DNA of 40,106 nucleotides from Dehalococcoidia bacterium (GTDB lineage Bacteria; Chloroflexota; Dehalococcoidia; DSTF01; WHTK01), in NCBI GenBank assembly GCA_035292965.1, contig DATDPC010000086.1, forward strand, positions 1 through 40,106. The letters are read 5' to 3'. The translations under genes were made by a program, and so were the position numbers. Each line of letters begins with the position of its first letter. The first letter of the stretch is position 1. The notes below the pieces were generated by a model. The model had not been told where the DNA came from and did no database searches. It saw only the letters and a program-made list of their open reading frames with translations. This document shows positions 33,499 to 40,106 of this stretch, piece after piece.

Positions 33499-35502
33499 TT
33501 AGCCTCCTCCGACCTGTAGCAACGGCCCCAGCGGTATCGATGGGTCGAACGGGTTCTTGCGCCGCGCCGCCTCGACGTAGCGCTCGGCGTCTTCTCCGAG
33601 CATCAGGCGCTCGCCGACGAGGCGCTCGCAGACGCGCGTCACCTGCTGGACGTAGTCATCGTGGCTGGCGTAGCGCTCCTCGATCGAGGGGCGCTGGTCG
33701 CCGCTGGCGGCTCGCTCCGCCTTCGTGCGCGCGAACGGGCTGAAGCTGCCCGTCGTCCAGAGCATCTCGCCCTCGGCGTAGGGCGCGCGGCGCAGCGCCC
33801 AGCTCAGGTGCGTGCCGACTGGCACCTCCACGTCCGGGTAGCGCAGGCCCGGCACGTCGTTGCCGTCGGCGTCGATCAGCGGCACTTGCACCGGGTACTC
33901 CTGGCCGGGGACGGCCTTCGGCGGGAACACGGACGCGTAGCCCTTCTCGAAGTTGGGGCCGTAATCGTAGTTCGGCCGCCGCGAGGGGCCGGAGGGCAGG
34001 TTGACGCCCGGCATCTTCGGGTAGCGCGCCAGCGCCTCCTTGCCGTCGATCAGCGTGCCTTCGCTCTTCTTCGGCAGGCGCGATGGCGGCGGCGCGACGC
34101 CATCCGTCGCCCAGCGGTCCATGAGCACGAGACAGGCGCGCAGGTACGGGTTCGGCGACATGCTATTCGGCGTCAGCTGGCCGATCCAGGCCGGGTCGTT
34201 GACGGCGCGCGGCATGTGCGGCGAGCCGGTCATCACGTACATGCGCACCGTCTCCGGGATTTCGACGTCGCTGCCGTCGCGGGGGTCGGTGTGGTTGAGC
34301 GAGACGTGGCGCTCCCAGTAGTCGCTACTCGTGTGCGTGTGCATGACCAGCGGGTCGCTCTCGGGGCGCTGGAGGATGCCTTCGTTGCGTTCCGTGAACG
34401 GGTCCGGCACGGCGACGAAGGTGAAGGGATACTTCTCCGATGGCCACTCGTGCTCTTCGTGCTGGCGCGGGTAGCGCCCCACCTGGGCGAAGCGCTGGTT
34501 GTGGAAGAGGCGGCCGCTGCCGGTGTGCGTCTGCACCGCGTCGAAGATGCGGCGGCCTGCCGCGTCGACGTTCCAGCCTTCGTAGATGTATTGACGGATC
34601 GTCCGGCCGCAGAGCGAGACGCCCCAGGCGTAGACCTTGTCGACGTAGCCTGCGAGCGGGTTGGGTGTGCCGGCAGCGTCGACGGCGTCGTGGCGCAGGA
34701 ACGAGAGCAGGTCGCGCACGCCGAGGAAGCCGAGGCCCATGACGCGCGAGCCCTCCGTCTCGTAGATCAGCTCGTAGATCCAGCCGGGCTTGAAGCCGCC
34801 CTTGACGTGCAGATCGACGTCCGACGGCGTGACGACGACGCTGCCGTTCTGACGCTCCGCCTTCGCCAGCTCCCATGCATCGTTGGGCACAGGCTGTCGC
34901 GCGTCTTCTGCCTTCTCGCGCAGCGTCAGCGTCGCCGACGCGCGGTCGAGCACGGGGTAGGGCTGCACCGTGATCCCGTTCTCGGCGCCGGCGCTGACGC
35001 CAATCGAAAGCACGTCTTCGGTCGCGGCGATGAACTCCTGGCGCACGGCGCCGCGCAGGCGCCTGCCGTTCTCCAGCGCTTCTGGCAGATAGGCGACGAT
35101 GTTCGTGCCGGTGTCGATCAGGTCGCCCTGCCAGCCGGAGAAGACGATCGTGTAGCCCTTGCGCATGAGGAAGCCGTTGCCGGGGTCGAGCGCGAGGCCG
35201 TCGTTGAAGCGCATGGCGCTGCGGTTGCCGCGGTTCGAGAACTCGTAGAACAGGCGCCGGTTGCCCTTGTCGAGGTCGACGGGCTTGATCACGTCCAGCG
35301 TCGCGGCGAACTCGACGAGGCCTTCGGCGTTGCGCGGCGCCAGGTCGAGGTCGCAGATGTAGGGCAGGCCGTCCTCGTCCGGGTCGATCGCGAAGTGCAC
35401 CTTGCCGACGAGGCGCTCGTACGCGCCCGTGTCGCCGAACGACTTGCCTTCGGCGAAGGGCTCGCGGCGCTCGATCTCGAGCCGAACCTGATTTCGGGCC
35501 AT
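33499..35502 (-). CDS. large (667 aa) uncharacterised protein, putative alpha/beta-hydrolase-like
   Basis: The N-terminus is ERREPFAEGKSFGDTGAYERLVGKVHFAIDPDE...ICDLDLAPRNAEGLVEFAATLDVIKP...NRRLFYEFSNRGN. A possible nucleophile elbow is YAWGVSLCGR. GAGGT lies upstream of the ATG. The resemblance to a conserved family of large putative hydrolases is from memory only. Confidence 0.55.
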   Translation of the reverse strand: MARNQVRLEIERREPFAEGKSFGDTGAYERLVGKVHFAIDPDEDGLPYICDLDLAPRNAEGLVEFAATLDVIKPVDLDKGNRRLFYEFSNRGNRSAMRFNDGLALDPGNGFLMRKGYTIVFSGWQGDLIDTGTNIVAYLPEALENGRRLRGAVRQEFIAATEDVLSIGVSAGAENGITVQPYPVLDRASATLTLREKAEDARQPVPNDAWELAKAERQNGSVVVTPSDVDLHVKGGFKPGWIYELIYETEGSRVMGLGFLGVRDLLSFLRHDAVDAAGTPNPLAGYVDKVYAWGVSLCGRTIRQYIYEGWNVDAAGRRIFDAVQTHTGSGRLFHNQRFAQVGRYPRQHEEHEWPSEKYPFTFVAVPDPFTERNEGILQRPESDPLVMHTHTSSDYWERHVSLNHTDPRDGSDVEIPETVRMYVMTGSPHMPRAVNDPAWIGQLTPNSMSPNPYLRACLVLMDRWATDGVAPPPSRLPKKSEGTLIDGKEALARYPKMPGVNLPSGPSRRPNYDYGPNFEKGYASVFPPKAVPGQEYPVQVPLIDADGNDVPGLRYPDVEVPVGTHLSWALRRAPYAEGEMLWTTGSFSPFARTKAERAASGDQRPSIEERYASHDDYVQQVTRVCERLVGERLMLGEDAERYVEAARRKNPFDPSIPLGPLLQVGGG

Positions 35503-35607
35503 GGGGAACCTCGATTCTGCGAACGCGGGAAGCGGGCCCCCCTTCGAGGGCCTCAGGGCAGGCCTATTCTCGCGCAGTATGTGCGACAGGAAAAGGTCGC
35601 TCAGGGA

Positions 35608-35613
35608 TATAAT
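35608..35613 (+). promoter_or_regulatory. TATAAT box upstream of the prpC-like gene
   Basis: tataat at 35608-35613. The -35 is weak (GCGACA, 19-nt spacer). CATTTCT direct repeats lie downstream at 35642-35648 and 35652-35658, before the RBS AGAGGGA. Confidence 0.3.
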
Positions 35614-35673
35614 TGAGCTACCTTTTTGCGCCCACGCTGACCATTTCTAGACATTTCTGACAGAGGGACCCAA

Positions 35674-36864
35674 ATGAGCGAACGCAGCGAACGACGTGTC
35701 GGCCTGCGCGATGTGATCGCGGGCGAGACTTACATCTGCAAGCTGGATGAGCACCAGTCCAAGGTTTACATCTACGGCTACTCGATCGAAGAGCTCGTCG
35801 AGCAGCACGACTACGAATCGGTTGCCTACCTGACGCTGTTCGGCGAGCTGCCGAAGCCCGGCTTTCGCTTCGACCCGACGAGCGAGGCGACGCTGCGCGG
35901 CGTCTGGGCTACGCTCGGCACGGAGCCGGCGAAGGCGCACCCCATGGGCCTGCTGCGCACCGCCATGTCCAGCCTCGGCAACCAGGCAGACGCCGTCCGC
36001 CCCGCCGACTACGATCTGACCTACGAGAACGAGCGCAACGAGGCGCTGCACCTCGTCCCGGAGGTCGGCTACGGCGTCGGTCTCGTGCACCGGCACGTCG
36101 CCGGGCTGGCGCAGACGGCGCCGAAGGCGGGCGATGGCTACGCGCGCAACATCCTCTCGATGTTCTTCGACAAGCAGCCGGACGACTTCGAGGCGCGGGC
36201 GATGGACGTCTCGCTGATCCTCTACACGGAGCACGAGTTCAACGCCGGCAGCTTCGGCGTGCGCATCGCCGCCAGCGCCCACAGCGACCTCTACTCCTCC
36301 GCCATCGCCGGCGAGTGCATCCTGCGCGGCCCGCGACACGGCTGCGCCAACGAAGAGGTGATGAAGCTCCTCCTCGACCAAGGCGGCAAGCCCGAGGGCG
36401 TCAAGGACTACCTCGATCACTTCTTCGCCCAGCCCGGCGCGCGCCTGCCCGGCTTCGGGCACGCCGTCTACAACCTGCCCCACTCCTTCGACCCGCGCGT
36501 CCAGATCCTGCGGCCGTGGGTGAAGGAGCTGTCACGTCGCAGAGGCGACATGCGCTGGTACGAGACGATCCTGGCGATGGAGGAGTACATGGCGGAGCGG
36601 ATGAAGCCCCGCGTCGAGAAGGGCCAGCCGAACGCGCCGGCGAACATGGACCTCTGGACGGCGCCGCTCTACTACCTCCTCGGCATCCCGATCCCGCTGT
36701 ACACGCCGCTCTTCGCCGCGTCACGCATCGCCGGCTGGGCGGCGCACTACCTCGAAACACGTTACGTCAACAACGAGCCGATCATCCGCCCGCGCGCCGA
36801 GTACGTCGGCCCGGAGTCGCGTCCGTTCACCGCCGCGCCAGACCACGGCGCCTCCCGTAACTGA
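35674..36864 (+). CDS. prpC: citrate synthase family protein, probable 2-methylcitrate synthase
   Basis: LILYTEHEFNAGSF, RGPRHGCANEEV (compare HGGANE) and PGFGHAVY...DPR. It lies immediately upstream of prpD and prpB. The symbol is assigned from context. Confidence 0.8.
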   Translation: MSERSERRVGLRDVIAGETYICKLDEHQSKVYIYGYSIEELVEQHDYESVAYLTLFGELPKPGFRFDPTSEATLRGVWATLGTEPAKAHPMGLLRTAMSSLGNQADAVRPADYDLTYENERNEALHLVPEVGYGVGLVHRHVAGLAQTAPKAGDGYARNILSMFFDKQPDDFEARAMDVSLILYTEHEFNAGSFGVRIAASAHSDLYSSAIAGECILRGPRHGCANEEVMKLLLDQGGKPEGVKDYLDHFFAQPGARLPGFGHAVYNLPHSFDPRVQILRPWVKELSRRRGDMRWYETILAMEEYMAERMKPRVEKGQPNAPANMDLWTAPLYYLLGIPIPLYTPLFAASRIAGWAAHYLETRYVNNEPIIRPRAEYVGPESRPFTAAPDHGASRN

Positions 36865-38264
36865 TGGCGGACGAGGTCTACAACCCGCTACCGAGCCTGA
36901 TCGACTTCGCGACGCGCCTGCGTTACGAAGACCTGCCCGCCAACGTCGTTCACGAAACGAAGCGCCGTATCGTCGACTCGCTCGGCACGGCGATCGGCGG
37001 GCTTAACGACGAGCGATTGCGCGAGCGGCGCGCCTTCTTCACGAAGCGCCTCATCACCTACGACGGCGGCGGCGCCGCTTACGGCCTCGACGGGCGCCTC
37101 TCGCTGCCGGACGCCGCGTTTCTGAACTCGACGATGACGCGCTGGCTCGACTACAACGACACCTACCTAGCCCTGGAGCCGGCGCACCCGAGCGACAACC
37201 TCGGGCTGCTCTTCGCCATTGCCGGCGCTAAGTCGCTCTCCGGCCGCGACCTGATCACCGCCGCGGCGCTCGCCTATGACGTGCAGTGTCGCTTTACCGA
37301 AGCGGCGTCGCTGCGGGCGCGAGGCTGGGATCACGTCAACTACATCCTCATCTCGGCAGCGCTGGCCGGCGCGCGTCTGCTGGGCTTCGACAAACAGCAG
37401 ATGTACAACGCCGTCGCGTTCGCGCTCAGCTCCCACGGGGCGATGCGACAGGCGCGGGAGGGCAGCTACCTCTCGGAGCAGAAGAACATGGCGGCCGGCG
37501 ACGCGGTGCGCGGCGCCGCCTGGGCGTTGGAGAAGGTGCTCTCCGGCTCGCACGGGCCGGCGGAGATCGTCGAGGGCAAGCACGGCTTCGTGAACCAGCT
37601 CTCCGGCCCGCTCGACCCGGCGGCGTTCGACGACCTCGGCGGGCGCTTCCTGATCGCCGACACGTACATCAAGCAGCACGTCGTCGAGTACCACAGCCAG
37701 ACCGTTGTCGACCACGCGCTGGCGCTGCGCGAGAAGCTGGGCAACCCGGCGCTGAACGAGATTAAGGACGTGTTGATCCGCGGCTACGAGGCGCAGCTGA
37801 CGATCATCGGCGACGAGAGCAAGCGCCACCCGACGACGAAGGAGACGGCCGACCACAGCCTCTACTTCGCCTTCGCCGCGACGATGCTCGAGGGCGAGAT
37901 GACGCTGCGCCAGTACCGGCCCGAGATGCTAACCAACCCGGACGTGCTCGCCCTGATCCAGCGAATCCGCTTCGAGGAAGTGCCGCAGTGGACGGAGGCC
38001 TACTTCGCGCCCGCCGCCGAGCGCCAGTTCGCCAGCTCAGCCGCCGCCAGCCTGCGCGACGGCCGCAGCGCCGTCCACGCCGAAAACTTCCCCCACGGCC
38101 ACCCGCACAACCCGATGACCGACGCCGAGATCGAGGCGAAGTTCGCGGCGCTGACCCAGCCGTTCCTCGCCGACCAGCGCGCCGTCCTCGACGCCTTCTG
38201 GGCGATCGATGAGGCGCCGGACGTCGCGGCGCTGTTGTCTAAAGTGACGCTGAAAGGCGTATAA
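36864..38264 (+). CDS. prpD: MmgE/PrpD family protein, probable 2-methylcitrate dehydratase
   Basis: 466 aa. The N-terminus is FATRLRYEDLPANVVHETKRRIVDSLGTAIGG, with HPSDN and a C-terminus typical of PrpD-family proteins. The ATG shares one nucleotide with the prpC-like stop (TGATG). Confidence 0.85.
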   Translation: MADEVYNPLPSLIDFATRLRYEDLPANVVHETKRRIVDSLGTAIGGLNDERLRERRAFFTKRLITYDGGGAAYGLDGRLSLPDAAFLNSTMTRWLDYNDTYLALEPAHPSDNLGLLFAIAGAKSLSGRDLITAAALAYDVQCRFTEAASLRARGWDHVNYILISAALAGARLLGFDKQQMYNAVAFALSSHGAMRQAREGSYLSEQKNMAAGDAVRGAAWALEKVLSGSHGPAEIVEGKHGFVNQLSGPLDPAAFDDLGGRFLIADTYIKQHVVEYHSQTVVDHALALREKLGNPALNEIKDVLIRGYEAQLTIIGDESKRHPTTKETADHSLYFAFAATMLEGEMTLRQYRPEMLTNPDVLALIQRIRFEEVPQWTEAYFAPAAERQFASSAAASLRDGRSAVHAENFPHGHPHNPMTDAEIEAKFAALTQPFLADQRAVLDAFWAIDEAPDVAALLSKVTLKGV

Positions 38265-38267
38265 CTG

Positions 38268-38328
38268 AACCAGTAACCAGTAACCAGTAACCAGTAACCA
38301 GTAACCGGTAACCGGTAACCGGTAACCA
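38268..38328. repeat. heptanucleotide tandem repeat: 5 x AACCAGT, 3 x AACCGGT, and a partial AACCA
   Basis: Read directly from the sequence: aaccagt x5 (38268-38302), aaccggt x3 (38303-38323), aacca (38324-38328). The array fills the prpD-prpB intergenic gap almost completely. Confidence 0.97.
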
Positions 38329-38332
38329 AGAG

Positions 38333-39187
38333 ATGGCACATATGGTTTCAGCGGGACGTAAGCTGAGAGACGCGATTGCGCGTGGGCCCGTCGTCGCCGC
38401 CGGCGGGTTCAACCCGTTCGTCGCGCGGCTGGTACAGGACGCCGGCTTCGAGGCCGTCTACGTCTCCGGCGCCGCGATGGCGAACTCGCTCGCTCAGCGC
38501 GACGAGGGGCTGCTGCCGCGCAGCGTCGTCCTCGACCTGACGCGGCCGATCGTCTCAGCGGTCGATATCCCCGTGATCGTCGACATCGACACGGGCTTCG
38601 GCGGGCCGAAGGGCACCGCTGTGACGATCGAGCAGTTCGAGGCTGCGGGCGTCGCGGCGGTGCAGATCGAGGACCAGGACCCGCGCTGGAAGCGCTGCGG
38701 CCACCTCGAGGGCAAGCACCTGATCGCGACGCAGCGCATGGTCGAAAAGGTCCGCGCCGCCGTCGCAGCGCGTCGTGACCGCGATTTCGTGATCATCGCC
38801 CGCACCGACGCGCGCGCCGTCGAGGACTTCGACGGCGCCGTCGCCCGCGCCCGCGCCTACGAGGCGGCCGGCGCCGACGTGATCTTCCCTGAGGCGCTGA
38901 CGACACGCGACGAGTTCGCCGCCTTCCGCCGCGCCGTCAAGGTACCGCTCGTCGCCAACATGACCGAGTTCGGCAAGACGCCCTGGCTCACGGACGCGGA
39001 GTTCGCCGAGCTGGGCTACGGCATCATCCTCCACCCGGTGACCAGCTTCCGCCTCGCCGCGAAGGCGATCAAGGACGCGCTGCGCGAGATGCGCGAGCAC
39101 GGCAATCAGGAGCCGCTGATCAAGGCCGGCCGTCTCATGACCCGCGACGAGATCGACGCGTATCTGATCGACAGCCCGTATCTTTAG
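38333..39187 (+). CDS. prpB: isocitrate lyase/PEP mutase family protein, probable methylisocitrate lyase
   Basis: AVYVSGAAMANS, VIVDIDTGFGG, QIEDQDPRWKRCGHLEGKHL, IIARTDA and DVIFPEAL. An alternative ATG lies at 38342. Confidence 0.85.
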   Translation: MAHMVSAGRKLRDAIARGPVVAAGGFNPFVARLVQDAGFEAVYVSGAAMANSLAQRDEGLLPRSVVLDLTRPIVSAVDIPVIVDIDTGFGGPKGTAVTIEQFEAAGVAAVQIEDQDPRWKRCGHLEGKHLIATQRMVEKVRAAVAARRDRDFVIIARTDARAVEDFDGAVARARAYEAAGADVIFPEALTTRDEFAAFRRAVKVPLVANMTEFGKTPWLTDAEFAELGYGIILHPVTSFRLAAKAIKDALREMREHGNQEPLIKAGRLMTRDEIDAYLIDSPYL

Positions 39188-39203
39188 ACCCGTCTTCTAC
39201 GAA

Positions 39204-39227
39204 CGTAGGCGAGCCTTTCCAGGCTCG
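39204..39227. repeat. REP-like hairpin element, copy B1 (TTCC-loop orientation, degenerate)
   Basis: CGTAGGCGAGCCTTTCCAGGCTCG differs from copy A2 at one of its 24 positions (2 of 25 if extended by one nt). The local 7-bp stem is cgagcct/aggctcg. Confidence 0.7.
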
Positions 39228-39262
39228 TCGTCGAGACGACGAAAGCGCCTCTAACGTCGACG

Positions 39263-39287
39263 CCGAGGCTGGAAAGCCTCGGCTACG
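39263..39287. repeat. REP-like hairpin element, copy B2 (exact copy of A1)
   Basis: CCGAGGCTGGAAAGCCTCGGCTACG is identical, 25 of 25, to 27946..27970. Confidence 0.8.
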
Positions 39288-39304
39288 TCTTGGGGATGGC
39301 GGCG

Positions 39305-40106
39305 CTAAGACTTAAGCGACGACTTCATCTCTGCCCACGCCTGACGCGCCTCTTCGACCGAGCCCTCGTCCTCGATTGTCGAGATGTCGCCGGGGTCTAC
39401 GTCCAGCGTGACGGCCTTGAGGACGCGGCGCATGATCTTGCCGCTGCGCGTCTTCGGCAGCGCGTTGACGAAGTTGCAATCGCCGATCACGGCGACGGCG
39501 CCCAGCTCCTTGCGCACCGTGGCGATGACCTCGTCCCGCAGCGCCGGCGACGGCTCGAAGCCGTTCTTGAGCACGACAAACGCCGCGATCACCTCGCCGC
39601 GGATCTCGTCCGGACGCCCCGTGACGCCCGCCTCGGTTACGGCCGGGTGGCGCAGGATCGCGCTCTCGACCTCGATCGTGCCGAGACGGTGGGCAGCGAT
39701 CTTGATGATCTCGTCGGCGCGGCCGCTGAAGAAGACGTAGCCGTCCTCGTCGATCTGGGCGGCGTCGCCGGAGAAGTAGAGCGTCTGGCCGGGCACCTTC
39801 TCCCAGTAAGTGGGGCCGTAGCGCTCCGGCTCCGCCCAGAGCTGCGGCGTTAGGCCCGGGAAGGGGCGCTTGATCACGAAGATGCCCTTCTCGTTCGGGC
39901 CGAGTTCCTTGCCCTCCGGCGTGATCACCGCCGCCTCGATGCCCGCCAGCGGTACGCCTGCTGCCCCCGGCTTGATCGGCAGCATGCCGAGGCCGTAGGG
40001 GTTGCCGACGATCGGGCCGCCGGTCTCCGTCTGCCACATGTGGTCGATTACCGGTATGCGGTCCTCGAAGACCTCTTTCTGGAACCACTCCCACGCCGCC
40101 GGGTTC
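39305..40106 (-). CDS. acetyl-/propionyl-CoA synthetase (AMP-forming), C-terminal part; the N-terminus lies outside the window
   Basis: The frame is open to the window edge (...NPAAWEWFQKEVFEDRIPVIDHMWQTETGG). It also contains YFSGDAAQIDEDGYVFFSGRADEIIKIAAHRLGTIEVES and ALPKTRSGKIMRR. Its position convergent to the prp genes suggests PrpE, but Acs cannot be excluded. Confidence 0.9.
   Translation of the reverse strand, partial: NPAAWEWFQKEVFEDRIPVIDHMWQTETGGPIVGNPYGLGMLPIKPGAAGVPLAGIEAAVITPEGKELGPNEKGIFVIKRPFPGLTPQLWAEPERYGPTYWEKVPGQTLYFSGDAAQIDEDGYVFFSGRADEIIKIAAHRLGTIEVESAILRHPAVTEAGVTGRPDEIRGEVIAAFVVLKNGFEPSPALRDEVIATVRKELGAVAVIGDCNFVNALPKTRSGKIMRRVLKAVTLDVDPGDISTIEDEGSVEEARQAWAEMKSSLKS

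Noticed and set aside
38268-38328. The tandem repeat considered as a CRISPR array.
   Set aside because: The units are 7 nt and directly abutting, with no spacers. No cas genes are present.
38000-38341. Minus-strand ORFs translating to ...LLVTGYRLPVTGYWLLVTGYW... that look like a repeat protein.
   Set aside because: This is an artefact of translating the heptanucleotide tandem repeat and the antisense strand of prpD. It has no independent coding support.
1-40106. Search for defence systems, toxin-antitoxin pairs, prophage genes, RNA genes (tRNA, rRNA, tmRNA) and classical secondary-metabolite genes (NRPS/PKS/RiPP).
   Set aside because: I recognised no hallmark motifs on either strand: nucleases, helicases, ATPases of defence type, capsid or terminase genes, condensation or KS domains, or T-arm GTTCGAATC-like sequences. 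Absence by eye is not proof, so HMM and covariance-model scans are needed.

Overview
This is a densely coding, visibly GC-rich bacterial window (GC not computed). The gene content looks like a monoderm high-GC lineage, Chloroflexota-like or Actinomycetota-like; that is an impression, not a result. I support about 36 CDS. By eye I found no rRNA, tRNA, CRISPR array, transposase, integrase or recognisable defence genes.

Layout:
- 1-2636: thiolase-like / DUF35 / CoA-transferase A+B operon.
- 2728-9108: mixed accessory genes. These are a HAD dehalogenase-like protein, core-MetE-like paralog 1, an MFS transporter, a CX5R phosphatase, PadR, ChrA, a VOC protein and a small membrane protein.
- 9120-10313: core-MetE-like paralog 2.
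- 10457-11770: a secreted CHRD+cupredoxin protein with a C-terminal sorting signal.
- 12253-13088: a frameshifted SDR.
- 13131-23687: an envelope glycan or glycolipid cluster. It holds a sorted Ig-like protein, a phosphoglycosyl transferase, a GT2, two GT4s, an LpxL/PatA-like acyltransferase, two Wzy/O-antigen-ligase-like membrane proteins and DUF4012.
- 23800-27936: an operon of core-MetE-like paralog 3, a PaaK-like adenylating enzyme and a Rieske oxygenase.
- 28013-35502 (minus strand): mmsA, a Gly/Pro/Gln-rich anchored protein translationally coupled to a DUF2723 (TMEM260-like) GT-C enzyme, and a FAH-family protein with a large uncharacterised hydrolase.
- 35674-40106: a methylcitrate-cycle cluster (prpC-like, prpD, prpB, and a convergent acyl-CoA synthetase).

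Best candidates for undescribed biology:
1. The DUF2723 GT-C enzyme plus its coupled low-complexity anchored protein, a possible protein O-glycosylation pair.
2. The flippase-less glycan/acyltransferase cluster headed by an APxTG-sorted Ig-like protein.
3. The MetE-like / adenylating enzyme / Rieske operon, together with the three-fold paralogy of single-domain MetE-like genes.

Non-coding structure: an 8.7-unit heptanucleotide tandem repeat fills the prpD-prpB gap. A REP-like hairpin doublet, including an exact 25-nt copy, sits at two convergent gene junctions.

All functional calls rest on motif recognition by eye. No searches or computations were run.
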